A stretch of 63,143 nucleotides of DNA, the filler included, from Octopus bimaculoides (Eukaryota): assembly GCF_001194135.2 (NCBI RefSeq). It is 7 parts of 6 records of this genome, joined end to end, with 100 filler letters (N's around TTAATTAATTAA, not from the genome) between each part and the next. Parts side by side here need not be neighbours in the genome. Positions count along the whole stretch, not along the records: positions 47,137 to 59,387 come from NC_069002.1; positions 59,488 to 63,143 come from NC_068995.1; 5 more parts are not named here. The stretch is one strand, 5' to 3'. The stretch's first letter is position 1. Each line of letters opens with the position of its first letter. The notes beneath the pieces were generated by a model that was given only the letters and a program-made list of their open reading frames with translations, made no database searches and was not told the origin of the DNA. This document shows positions 50,709 through 63,143 of the stretch, piece by piece. A program made the position numbers and the translations under genes.

Positions 50709-51145
50709 GTAATTATATTAAGCAACTTTCTCGTTTTTTTTTGTTTGACAGCCGACAAACATAAGACAGATCCATCTCTAAATTTGTTGGTTCTTTACAT
50801 AAGGGACGGAAAGGCGAACTGTCGTCATCACAGGAAAATCTCTGCCATAGAAATAAGGAGACCGATAAACCGTAAATTCAGAGCGTTCTAGAAGAGTTTT
50901 GAAATTGTATGGACTCGAAATTAGAGCGGTTAATTGCTGACTAACAGGAAGTGGGTTCTTGAATAAATGGATGCTTATGGACGGAAAGTTAAGTAGCACG
51001 TGACCAGGCAAACATAAGATCGTCTGATTTGAAGCTAGAATGGGGATGGAAGAAACTGGAAGAGAAATTTGCTTATAAATGGATAGAAGAATGAAACAAC
51101 TGTGGAAAAGGGATAAAAATAGATCAGTATATAATCGTAGGAGTT

Positions 51146-52010
51146 AATTCTCTCCTTCTTCTTCTTCTTCTTCTTCTTCTTCTTCTTCTTCTTCTTCTTC
51201 TTCATCATCATCATCTTCTTCTTCTCCTATTTTGTCTTCTACTTCTCTTCCTCGTCCTCCTTCTTCCTCGTCTTCTTCTCTCCTCGTCTTTCCTTTTCTT
51301 CTTCTTCTTCTTCGTCTTCTTCTTTTTCTTCTTCTTCTTCTTCTTCTTCTACTTCCTTTACTTCTTCTTCTCCTCTTTCCTTTTCTTCTTCTTCTTCTTC
51401 GTCTTCTTTTTCTTCTTCTTCTTCTTCTTCTTCTACTTCCTTTACTTCTTCTTCTCCTCTTTCCTTTTCTTCTTCTTCCTTTTCTTCTTCTTCTTCTTCT
51501 TCTTCTTCTACTTCCTTTTCTTCTTCTTCTCCTCATTCTTTTTCTTCTTCTTCTCTTCCTCCTCATCCTTCCTTTTCTTCTTCTTCTTCTTCTTCTTCTT
51601 TTTCTTCTTCTTCTTCTTCTTCTTCTCCTCCTCCTTCTTCGTCTTCTCCTCCTCCTCCTTCCTTTTCTTCTTCTTCTTCTTCTTCTTCTTTTCATCCTCC
51701 TCCTCCTTCTTCGTTTTTTTCTTCTTCTCCTCTTCCTTCCTTTTCTTCTACTTCTTCTTCTTCTTCTTCTTCTTCTCCTCCTCCCCCTCCTCCTCATCCT
51801 TGCTTTCCTTTTTCTTCTTTTTCTTCTTCTTCTCCTCGTCCTTCTTCTTCTCCTCCCTCCTTCTCTTCTTCTTCATCTACATCGTCATCCTTTTTTCCAT
51901 TCTGTTTCTCGACGTTTCCTTCACTTCTTTCTTTTCCTCTACTGCTCTTTTCTCTCTCCTCAACCTCCCATCATCCTCCCCCCTCCTCCTGCCCCTCTTC
52001 CTCCATCTTC
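51146..52010. repeat. (CTT)n array with internal higher-order repetition
   Basis: Directly visible; it generates the poly-R/E/L ORFs. Confidence 0.95.
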
Positions 52011-52649
52011 AATTAACTGCATTAGAAAAGTGTTTCGTGACGCGGTGCACCGAATTTCTCTTTCCCTTTGGCAGGCGATAGATCCTGAACTACAGTAGGA
52101 TCCCCAAGTTCACGCTGTGTGTCTCTGTCAATAATATCACTGCCGTTGAGTCCTTTTAGTTCTTCCATTAGGATATGGAAGTCTCCATATTATAAAACCT
52201 CCCGGTGTGGCTTGTTTTATAACGAAGAAACGAATAACAATATTGTGCTGGGATAATGATTTTATTAAAGAACGAAAAATATTGTAATATTTCCTAAACG
52301 AAATGTAAAATGGTAAAATGTAATTCCAATTGTGCACCATGTAAATGAATAAGATTCTATCTACTAAAAACAAGCGCCAAGAGGTGAAAAAGAATAAATC
52401 CATAAAATGAGAATGTATAAAAAATGTCACCTGGCAGCGTCAATAAAGTGTTACACGAGTGACGAATAGGCGTTGATTAAAAGATTAAAGATGTAGGAGT
52501 AGGAAAATGTCACATGATAAAATCGTATCACATGATTGGATGAACAAAAATAGATGTTTAATAAACAATGCTTTGTGTCGAGAAACAGAAATACAGAAGG
52601 ATGGAATGTAATAGCCTACTTGGTTTCATGTTGTGGGTCTGGCCAGACG

Positions 52650-52858
52650 CAGGCGTAGGTGTGTGGTAAGGAAGTTTGCTTCCCAACCACATGATTCCGG
52701 GTTCAGTCCCACTGCGCGAAACCTCGGGAAGGCGTCTTCTGCTATAACTTCGGATTGGTCAAAGACCTGTGAGTGAATTTCTTAGACGGAAACTGAAAGA
52801 AGCCCGTCGTATACATACATATATATATATATATTATATATATATATATAATATATAC

Positions 52859-52891
<33 letters not shown>

Positions 52892-53850
52892 NNNNNNNNN
52901 NNNNNNNNNNNNNNNNNNNNNNNNNNNNNNNNNNNNNNNNNNNNNNNNNNNNNNNNNNNNNNNNNNNNNNNNNNNNNNNNNNNNNNNNNNNNNNNNNNNN
53001 NNNNNNNNNNNNNNNNNNNNNNNNNNNNNNNNNNNNNNNNNNNNNNNNNNNNNNNNNNNNNNNNNNNNNNNNNNNNNNNNNNNNNNNNNNNNNNNNNNNN
53101 NNNNNNNNNNNNNNNNNNNNNNNNNNNNNNNNNNNNNNNNNNNNNNNNNNNNNNNNNNNNNNNNNNNNNNNNNNNNNNNNNNNNNNNNNNNNNNNNNNNN
53201 NNNNNNNNNNNNNNNNNNNNNNNNNNNNNNNNNNNNNNNNNNNNNNNNNNNNNNNNNNNNNNNNNNNNNNNNNNNNNNNNNNNNNNNNNNNNNNNNNNNN
53301 NNNNNNNNNNNNNNNNNNNNNNNNNNNNNNNNNNNNNNNNNNNNNNNNNNNNNNNNNNNNNNNNNNNNNNNNNNNNNNNNNNNNNNNNNNNNNNNNNNNN
53401 NNNNNNNNNNNNNNNNNNNNNNNNNNNNNNNNNNNNNNNNNNNNNNNNNNNNNNNNNNNNNNNNNNNNNNNNNNNNNNNNNNNNNNNNNNNNNNNNNNNN
53501 NNNNNNNNNNNNNNNNNNNNNNNNNNNNNNNNNNNNNNNNNNNNNNNNNNNNNNNNNNNNNNNNNNNNNNNNNNNNNNNNNNNNNNNNNNNNNNNNNNNN
53601 NNNNNNNNNNNNNNNNNNNNNNNNNNNNNNNNNNNNNNNNNNNNNNNNNNNNNNNNNNNNNNNNATACATATATATATATATATTAACGCGTGTGTGTGA
53701 CTTTCTGTCTATGTTTGTCCCCCACTACAGCTTGATAACCGGTGTTGATGTCTCCATCCCTGTAACATAGTGGTTTGGCAAAAGAGAACGACTAAAAGTT
53801 CTTGAAGGTGGCACCCCAGCATGGTCGCAGTCTAATGACTGGAACAAGCG
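52650..53850 (+). mobile_element. SINE family B split by an assembly gap in its internal microsatellite
   Basis: Head at 52650-52812 and tail at 53690-53850. Confidence 0.7.
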
Positions 53851-55612
53851 AGAGATAGGCATCAAATCTTGGCTCAAGGCCAACAAATTGAGAGGAGGCG
53901 TAAGTCGATTACATCGACCTGAGAGTGCAACTGAGTGTTATTTTATCGACCACGGAACGATCAAAAACAAAATCGGCTTCAGTGAAATTTGAACGCGGGA
54001 CCATTAAGCACTTTGCGCGACGTGCTAACGATTCTGCCAGCTCAGCGAGTTAAATTAAAACACGTTAGCATGTAGTTATAGACTAACTTGTTGGCAGACT
54101 AACTTGATGGTAGCTTAACTTGTGGTGATAAGTTTCATGTTTCGTGAGAGGCAAACACATTAGTGACTGCGAGGTTATTAACTCAGTGACATTAATACGG
54201 AAAATAAAATGTTAGTGACGTTACTAAAGTAAAGGAAATATTGTGAGAGAACGAAATATATGAGATGATTATAAGGGAGCTTAATATATGAGGGTAGGTT
54301 ATGAGTTGGGGGTAGAGGGGTGGGGTAAAGAGATGAGTAGGGGATTAGCAGAGATTTGAGAAGAAGGATAAGAGAAGAGGAGGTGGAAGAAGAAGAAGAA
54401 GAAGAAGAAGAAGAAGAAGAAGAAGAAGAAGAAGAAGAAGAAGNNNNNNNNNNNNNNNNNNNNNNNNNNNNNNNNNNNNNNNNNNNNNNNNNNNNNNNNN
54501 NNNNNNNNNNNNNNNNNNNNNNNNNNNNNNNNNNNNNNNNNNNNNNNNNNNNNNNNNNNNNNNNNNNNNNNNNNNNNNNNNNNNNNNNNGGAGGAGGAGG
54601 GGTGATTGTACAGGAAAAAGAAGAAAAGGAAGAAAAAGAAGTCGAAGAAGACAAAGAAGAGGAGGGAGAAGAAGGTGGAAGAGACAAAGTGGAGTGGAGA
54701 AGTGGAGGTGGAGGAGGAGAGTAGACAGATATCTTTTTGCTATATTTTGAAAATGTGTTACAGAAAGCTCAAATGACTAGAATTTCGTGTCTTTTTTTTT
54801 TTATTGTCGCGCGTTAGAATTGTTTTGTTTCATTTTACTTTATTTACAAGAGAAGCAGCTGGCGAAGATAGGATGCGCTAGCTTTGAAAGAAACCATGTA
54901 CAAGTATCATTAAATGTCTGGGAAGAAACTAGATTAGATATAACTAATAGAATAGGCAAAACCATACAGGATATTGAAATTGAGACCGAGTGTATGTGTG
55001 TGTTTGTTAGTCACTGAGAGGGGGAAAACTATCTGTCAATCTTTCGCTTTTGTTTGGAATATATATTTGTAAGACGAAGAACAAAAGAAGAAATCCAAAC
55101 TGGTTTGCTTGTCTTTGAGTTGCCTGTGTTTCAATTTTATTTTGTCGTTTGTTTGTCTCTTGTTGTTTTTGTTCATTTTCATCGTTTTGTTCATCGTCAT
55201 TCCTCGTTCAATTTCAGCTGATATACGAAGCACATATAGGGTTCATCTCTCATTGTCGTCTGCTTCTATTCCGCTAATATGGTTTCATAGCTACTTTGGT
55301 CATGCCTCCGTCTATTATTATTTTCACCTCATGGAATTTACAACGAGAAAATCTGAGAAAATTATATGCGTGATTGACCTCATAGGAATTTCATAAACTT
55401 TCGAAAAACCTTTTGGATCGAAATGGTCGAAGACTTTATGTGTGTGGTTCGAGGCAATAAAAGTCAAATATGAAAGCTTTATTCATCTTCGAATTCCTTA
55501 ATTCTAAATTTAAATTTCTTGCCTCACCTTATACTGCGAGGGGGTAGATATCTCCCTTATATTATTGGTTGTGGTCAGAGGACACCATTTGTATTGGGTT
55601 TCAGATAAAGTT

Positions 55613-55822
55613 ACTCTTTTACTCTTTTACTTGTTTCAGTCATTTGACTGCGGCCATGCTGGAGCACCGCCTTTAATCGAGCAAATCGACGCCAGGACTT
55701 ATTCTTTGGAAGCCTAGTACTTATTCTATGGGTCTCTTTTACCGAACCGCTAAGTTACGTGGACGTAAACACACCACCATCGGTTGTCAAACGATGCTGA
55801 GAGGACAAACACAGACACACAA

Positions 55823-55871
<49 letters not shown>

Positions 55872-56034
55872 TACGACGGTCTTCTTTCAGTTTCCGTCTA
55901 CCAAATCCACTCACAAGGCTTTGGTTGGCCCGAGGCTATAGTAGAAGACACTCGCCCAAGGTGCCATGCAGTGCGACTGACCCGGAACCATGTGGTTGGT
56001 AAGCAAGCTACTTACCACACAGCCACTCCTGCGT
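55613..56034 (-). mobile_element. SINE family B, full length
   Basis: Minus-strand head CGCAGGAGTGGCTGTGTGG, internal (TA)n/(GT)n and a (GTAAAAGA)n tail. Confidence 0.9.
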
Positions 56035-56099
56035 TCATATTTTCTTCTTTTTGTTTTTACCATTTATTTTACTTCTTATTTTTCATCAACAGTGTTAAC

Positions 56100-56860
56100 A
56101 AATCAGTCAATAATGTATTTTCTTCTTCATTATTTTCGACTTCTTGCCAACGTTTCACAAGCTTGATGATATCTTGCCAATAAAAGTGACCGGATCTTGA
56201 CTCGGAGAATTCAGCGAGTCACGCCTTCAGCTTCTCGTAAATTGTTAAACAAAACGCCTCGCAGACTGCTAGACATGGTCCGAAAACGGAGATAAACTGA
56301 AGGCACTATATCAGGAAAATTCGGTGGATGCAACAGAACATCCCAGCCGATCTCTTGAATAGAACTTTTGATCAAATTAATGACGTGGTGGGGTGGTGGT
56401 GCATTGTGTTGAAGAAACAGGCCATGTCGAATTTTTTGACTTTATCCATCGAAAGAAGGTGACGTGTGACGGTGTCATGAAAGCTGGGCCAATTCCTTAG
56501 TGAATTGGTACAGATCCTCGTGTATAAGTTCTATCGATTGTCATTGAAATGAACAGGTCAGCCGGAACGCGAAAAATCTATTAAGTTGAATTTCCCCTTC
56601 TTGAAGCGTGAAAACCATTTCTGTGCAGTTCTTTCAGTAACAGCGCCGTCTCTGTACACACCACACATTTCTCGAGCAACTTTGGCAGCTTCGGAACGTT
56701 TGGAACCTCGATTTATAGCGAAGAGAAGCATGTATAGCTCTTCGCTATCACAAGTCTTGTTGTGTGCAAACATATCAACAATTAATGTAGCGGAGAACCA
56801 AAAATTTCGTGCCTTGTGCCTGGAGTAGAAAAGAAAGGAATCAAGATTCACGTTTTCTTA
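56100..56860 (-). pseudogene. Mariner transposase remnant with internal deletion
   Basis: N-terminal LLFAINRGSK...AREMCGVY.DGAVTERTAQKWFSRFK.G.F.L.D..RSG joined to LQHNA, GWDVLLHPP.FPD.VPS and KLVKRWQEV...YIID*. Confidence 0.85.
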
Positions 56861-57609
56861 CCTCAACTTTCGCAATACTTCCGACCACGCCTAAACCTTA
56901 CCTCAAGTTCCCAACCGCTAACATCCTTCATCCCACCTCCTCACTCAATATAGTCATCATCTAATCTCTTTCCATATACCCCAGCACCACCACCAGCTGA
57001 GGCTCTGTCCTCTCACCTCCTACTCTATCTCTCTCACCCATTCTCTCCAATATATATTTACCTCCCACTGCAACTCTCATTCATCATTGCTTATAGACGT
57101 TGATGTTTTTTTATTGTTTTTGTTTTTTTCTCGCTCATTGCTTTAATCTTTCTGCAATCAATGGTTGGATTTTACACACATCTAAGTGTTGTTTTGTTTA
57201 TTTTTGTTTTCTTTTTTTTTTAGTTTTTTTTATACTTTGTTTATTCTCAGGTGTCCTTGAATTTTCAATCAAATTATATAATCCATACACACATATATGG
57301 ATATATATATATGTATACATATATATATATATATATANNNNNNNNNNNNNNNNNNNNNNNNNNNNNNNNNNNNNNNNNNNNNNNNNNNNNNNNNNNNNNN
57401 NNNNNNNNNNNNNNNNNNNNNNNNNNNNNNNNNNNNNNNNNNNNNNNNNNNNNNNNNNNNNNNNNNNNNNNNNNNNNNNNNNNNNNNNNNNNNNNNNNNN
57501 NNNNNNNNNNNNNNNNNNNNNNNNNNNNNNNNNNNNNNNNNNNNNNNNNNNNNNNNNNNNNNNNNNNNNNNNNNNNNNNNNNNNNNNNNNNNNNNNNNNN
57601 NNNNNNNNN

Positions 57610-57665
<56 letters not shown>

Positions 57666-58382
57666 AGAGAGAGAGGAGGGAGAAAGCATTTAGGCATTAT
57701 TCAATTTGTTAATGAAACTCTATTGATTTTCATCGCTGGACTTATTTTACCTCGACCGAAATGTTTCGGCAGTCTTCTAAATTCTTTACAGCTATTAACT
57801 TTTCATATTCTATTTGCAGTTAGGTTCCACTTTTCCAAATGAACAGAAACTTGCCAACTTTGTACTAAAGTAGCGTTGTTTTTTTTTGTTTTTTTTGTTT
57901 TGTTTTTTATAGTTTGTTACCTGTTCCTTTTTAATGAGGCACAAAGCTCCAAAATTTCGTGTCATTTTCTGTCTTAGACACCGACGTTGATACAGGAGAT
58001 GTATTATGACATAAGGAGCCATGAGANNNNNNNNNNNNNNNNNNNNNNNNNNNNNNNNNNNNNNNNNNNNNNNNNNNNNNNNNNNNNNNNNNNNNNNNNN
58101 NNNNNNNNNNNNNNNNNNNNNNNNNNNNNNNNNNNNNNNNNNNNNNNNNNNNNNNNNNNNNNNNNNNNNNNNNNNNNNNNNNNNNNNNNNNNNNNNNNNN
58201 NNNNNNNNNNNNNNNNNNNNNNNNNNNNNNNNNNNNNNNNNNNNNNNNNNNNNNNNNNNNNNNNNNNNNNNNNNNNNNNNNNNNNNNNNNNNNNNNNNNN
58301 NNNNNNNNNNNNNNNNNNNNNNNNNNNNNNNNNNTATATATATATATATATATTTATATATATTTATGTATGTATGTGTATA

Positions 58383-58433
<51 letters not shown>

Positions 58434-59340
58434 ATGTGTATTTGTGTATTTATACGCATACACACGCACATATATACATATAAGAGTTGTTCAGGATTTA
58501 AGTGAATGAGGTACGCATATTGTAAAGTACCAAGTTCGGGTCAAAGAAATAGCAATCGCGTTCAAATCGAAATTTGAATATAGGAACGGACCGAAGTAGA
58601 ATCGGATTAACATTCCAGTTGCGAATACGATCACAAGTGTCCGACTGAATTCTATAACTTTTATATTTCCCGCTTGCTTCAGTCATGCTGGAGCAACGTC
58701 TTCTAGAAATTTTAATCGATTGAATCGACGACTGTACCTTTTTTTTTTTAGAAAAAAGCCTGATACTTATTTTTTCTCTCGCTGTTACCGAACCGGAAAG
58801 TTGCCTGAACGTAAACACGACAATAGCCGTTTTCAAGCTGTTGTGTGNNNNNNNNNNNNNNNNNNNNNNNNNNNNNNNNNNNNNNNNNNNNNNNNNGGGG
58901 GGGGGGGGGGAACAAACATTCTCCCCACACACACATACATATGCACATACGCACGCAAGCACGCACACACACAGACACACATACACACACACACACAAAC
59001 ACACATATACATATCTATATACGATGGGCTTCTTTCTGAGTTCAAATTCCGCCGTGGTCGACTTTGCCTTTCATCATTTTGGGGTCGATAAATCATTTAC
59101 CAGTTGAATACTAGGGTGAATGTAATCGACTGGTCCCCTCCCCAAAACTTTAGGGCCTTGTGCCTAGAGTAGAAAAGAAAAAAACAAATATAAACACTGA
59201 ATGGTTCTCTGCCCTTAAAGGTAAACTTCACCCCGTCTACTGTTTCTTAGAAAAACTCTCTTTCTCTCCATCCCTTACTCCAAAAGTAACTGTACGTGGC
59301 AGGAGGAACGGTCGACAGTCAATTTTCCCATGTATATGTA

Positions 59341-59387
<47 letters not shown>

Positions 59388-59431
59388 NNNNNNNNNNNNN
59401 NNNNNNNNNNNNNNNNNNNNNNNNNNNNNNN

Positions 59432-59443
59432 TTAATTAATTAA
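59432..59443. other. Artificial scaffold-joining linker
   Basis: N44-TTAATTAATTAA-N44. Confidence 0.95.
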
Positions 59444-59487
59444 NNNNNNNNNNNNNNNNNNNNNNNNNNNNNNNNNNNNNNNNNNNN

Positions 59488-59740
59488 TGGAGTGGGAATT
59501 ACGCCCACCCAAGAAATGGTTAAAAGAAATGGAGGAAAGAACGGTGGTGTTACGGACGTATTCTAAGTCACTAGACACCATTACGGTCTTTCCTCAAGTG
59601 GATATCGAGAGAGAGTTGGCGGAACATCTGCCCACCATTACGTTTATAGCCAGGGGTGTCAAGTACGCAACGGTTTAGTTGCTATTTATAGTTTCCGGTC
59701 GAACCAAAGTGGATACTGTGTTTAACGCTGTCCAAAATTG
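59488..59740 (+). pseudogene. Possible LINE ORF1 fragment (Tx1-like)
   Basis: Open frame EWELRPPKKWLKEMEERTVVLRTYSKSLDTITVFPQVDIERELAEHLPTITFIARGVKYATV* at the scaffold start. The assignment rests on recalled resemblance only. Confidence 0.35.
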
Positions 59741-60353
59741 AAAATGTGTGAAGTCGACCGAGGTAGGTGGAATTGTTTTTTGAGCTGTGTGTAATTTATT
59801 GTGTTTCAATTTTTTTCAGTAAATTTCGTATAACTCTGGGGCAGTTCCGTTTACTTTCGGAGGCTTTAAGCTGTTGCTTATTTAGTGAGCAAATTGTGTT
59901 TCTCCTTCGTCGTTATTGGTAGGCGTGGTCGAGTCAACATAACGGCGAACTGAGTATATGTTTGTGTGTCTGTTTGTCTCCCCAACATCGCTTGACAACC
60001 GATGCTAGTGTGTTTACGTCACGTTACATAGCGGTTCGGCAAAAGAGAACGATAGAATAAATACTAGGCTTCCAAAGAATAAGTCCTGGGGTTGATTTGC
60101 GCGACTAAAGACAGTGCTCGAGCATAGCCACAGTCAAATGACTGAAACGAATAAAAGAATAAAAGAGTATATACTTATATATATATATATATGTATATAT
60201 GTATGAATGAATGTATGCATGTTTTTATGAAAAATATGAGAAAGGGTTCGAAAGCAGTTACATTTTTATATTTACATTTATTTTTGGTTAAAATAAAAGA
60301 ATTTTCGTTTCTTTTAACATAAGGTGTAAACTGTATTTTCCATGTATTTATAT

Positions 60354-60740
60354 GTTGTTGTTGGCACTCCGTCGCTTGCGACGTCGAGGGTTCCAGTTGA
60401 TCCGATCAACGGAACAGCCTGCTCGTGAAATTAACGTGCATGTGGCTGAGCAATCCACAGACACGTGTACCCTTAACCTAGTTCTCGGGGGTATTCAGCG
60501 TGACGTAGTGTGACAAGGCTGACCCTTTGAATTACAGGCACAACAGAAACAGGAAGTAAGAGTGAGAGAAAGTTGTGGTGAAAGAGTACAGCAGGGTTCG
60601 CCATCATCCCCTGCCGGAGCCTCGTGGAGCTTTGGGTGTTTTCGCTCAATAAGCACTCACAACGCCCGGTCTGGGAATCGAAACCGTGATCCTATGACCG
60701 CGAGTCCGCTGCCCTAACCACTGGGCCATTGTGCCTCCAC
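60354..60740 (-). mobile_element. tRNA-derived SINE family C, full length
   Basis: Perfect 12-bp TSD ATGTATTTATAT (60342-60353 / 60741-60752) and an (AAC)n tail. Confidence 0.9.
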
Positions 60741-61560
60741 ATGTATTTATATATGCGAAAGTAAAAACACAAAAATATGTTTTCTCACAACAAATGTTTT
60801 CGTAAAAGAATTTTTGCTGGAAGTATATTAGTGTATTTTTTTTTACAAGGACAGTTTTACGTATACAACACTACACAGAACCGTATTTGTTCTGTGCTTC
60901 GAGTTCGAATTCTACCGAGGTAAATAAAATTAACTTTTCATAATTTCGGTGGCAAAATAACCAAATGAGGGCGGTGGAGCTAACAAAGACCGGTTTTTAT
61001 TTCGTCTCTTGGTGCACTGATTCAAGCCCCGCCATAGCCTATTTGAGTGCTCGACTTAAGACAACACCCGGTTTAACATCATCATCCAGCATGTTGGATG
61101 CCTTTAGCCGAATCCATTCCGTTGCAAACATTCAGCATGGGTCTGTTGTTCGAGTATATCGCCGCTTCTTCTCACTCCTCCTTGCACCCCTTCTCACTCC
61201 TCCTTTGCTCCCGTCAGACTCGGAGGCCTCGTAAAGGGTCATGGAATTTTTTTTTACTGCTGTGTGGTTTTAATTAGGAATATCATTTGTTCGCTACAAG
61301 AAGCATGCATGAGTTTGTAAAGCTAAATATGAGATATGAAATGAAATATGTATCAAAAGGAACGTAAAAATATCACACAAAAACCTCAACGCATAGTAAA
61401 TACACACACACACCACACAAAAACTCACATATATATACATATGTATATATACATAATATCCAAATACATACACACATATATATATGTATTTATCTATATA
61501 TCTATCTGTCTGTATACACACACACACGTATATGAACATATATATGTATGTATATATGTG

Positions 61561-61601
<41 letters not shown>

Positions 61602-62963
61602 GTGCACACATACGTACTCACACACAAATATCATATATATTAAGTCATATTAGTGAAAAGGCAACAAGACTGAGCTATATAAAGTTACACGCATTTCCCC
61701 GCCCCCTTAAAAAATTTTTTTTTTTTCATTTCTTTATTTGAAGTCAGTCTTTCAGTAATTCAAATTGAATCAAAAAAAGTGGACGAATGTGAGAGACGAC
61801 AAGTTGGAACTGCATAAATTTGATCTCTGTTTTATAAAACACACCCTACCAATTAGCCGGTTCCTTCTTTTATTCTGTTTCTTAGTTCTTTACATCGCAA
61901 ATAACACTTGTAGGTAGGATAACAGTTTCAAAGAGTTAAGTTAGAATATGGTCGAAATAAAATATTAGGTTTCTCTTCCCGCCACATATAGTAATATTGC
62001 AACGTATTCTTTACGATTTTACAGAGTGCGACAGAAAAAACAACCTCCCATATTTTACTACGCTATTGTTGTAGCCCCAATAAAGTGAAACAAATAGTTA
62101 ACAGTGTTTTCATGGATTCTATCGCTATATAAAGTTACACGAATAGTCTAGCGCTTTTTCATCTTGTTTACTATCATGGTTTGTGTTGGTGTACATTGGG
62201 TTATTGCTGTTGAAACGTTTGTCAACCTGGAAAATATGGGAAGTATTTTTGCCGCGCTCTTTATTGTAATTTCATTGACATGTCGACTATTTAAACTTGG
62301 AGCAGCCAAACTTGCATAATGTAACAGTTAAACACGATAAACTCCAGATGTTCTTGAAACCCAAAAGACACGAACGAAACTTGGGTTTTTTTTGTTATTA
62401 TTGTTATACGTGTGTGTGCGTGTATGTTTTGTTCTAAAAATTCTTCTGGTATTATTGAGAAATTCATTTCTGCAACGATGTTTATTCATGCGTGTAGTTT
62501 GTTTAAAATGCTAAATGTTTTATATTACTCTCAGTAATCCCAGAGTGTACAAATGCATCTCAAATAGTTTAAAAAATAATCTTCACTGATGATCGTGTTA
62601 AATATCGTGAGCGCATTTCAAATAAGACTGTACTAACGACAGGAAATATCGAATGAAAGTTGTTTTTAGGAACCGGCATGGCTTTAGGGTTAAATATTTG
62701 GCTTCTCAAACGCATAACTACGGGTTCAATCCCACTCCATGGCACTTCGGGCGTATGTACTCTATTCCATTTCAAACCGACCGAAATCTTGCGAGTGGAT
62801 TTGGTAGACGGAAACTAAAGCAAGAATGTCGTATACATACATAGTGCAAAGATTCGAGAAAAATGTTCTACGTAGTGAATTGCAGTGAAAAATATATAGA
62901 AAGAAGGAAAATGCACAAAAATTTTATGTTATACAATATATATATATATATAGATATATATAT

Positions 62964-63120
62964 GGGAGAATATACAAATAATAACAACAGACGAAGACAG
63001 GTGGTGTAAATAACAAAAGTATATATTAGTATGACGCTCGGGAATACGGAAAGTCTTTGACGTTTCGAGCTACGCTCTTCAACAGAAAGAATACGGAGAC
63101 AAGGAGAAAAACACGGAGAA
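62964..63120 (-). mobile_element. Short (TA)n-flanked repeat carrying a hammerhead-like motif (probable PLE terminus)
   Basis: The plus strand starts (TA)n-GGGAGA, as in copy B, and TA-rich sequence follows at the window end. Confidence 0.6.
63054..63090 (-). ncRNA. Putative minimal type-I hammerhead ribozyme, CUGUUGA core
   Basis: Minus strand TCTTT-CTGTTGA-A-GAGC-GTA-GCTC-GAA-ACGT-C-AAAGA: stem I 5 bp, stem II 4 bp, palindromic ACGT stem III and a GUC site. Confidence 0.65.
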
Positions 63121-63143
63121 AAAAAAAATTATATATATTTATA

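Noticed and set aside
51144-52098. Arg/Glu-rich and Leu-rich ORFs
   Set aside because: Translations of the (CTT)n array.
62020-62060. TA|CAGAGTGCGACAG as a Tc1/mariner TIR
   Set aside because: No partner TIR or transposase found nearby.
1-63143. CRISPR arrays, operons or prokaryote-type systems
   Set aside because: No regularly spaced repeat-spacer array or gene-dense region; the content is typical animal repeat DNA.

Overview
AT-rich, microsatellite-saturated animal genomic DNA. The SINE families and repeat load point to an octopus (cephalopod) draft assembly; this is inference from recognised repeats, not a database result. The window is not one locus. Six identical 100-bp spacers (N44-TTAATTAATTAA-N44) join seven pieces: 1-8822, 8923-25238, 25339-36371, 36472-40651, 40752-47036, 47137-59387 and 59488-63143. 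I found no intact host gene, tRNA gene or CRISPR array, and nearly all ORFs in the track are N-run or microsatellite artefacts. The window holds at least four modular tRNA-derived SINE families; decayed Tx1-like, R4/Dong-like and Penelope-like (PLE) retroelements; Tc1/mariner, hAT and piggyBac-like remnants; two Helitron pieces, one inserted precisely inside a Tc1 transposase; a probable solo LTR; and a 36-nt 18S rRNA fragment. The most interesting signal is a set of short (TA)n-associated repeats that fold into minimal type-I hammerhead ribozymes with non-canonical cores. One family has a swapped G3-C8 core pair (4 copies, two forming a fold-back) and another has CUGUUGA. Both families end in the same TCTCCC-(AT)n terminus. 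Ribozyme activity is predicted from hand folding only.
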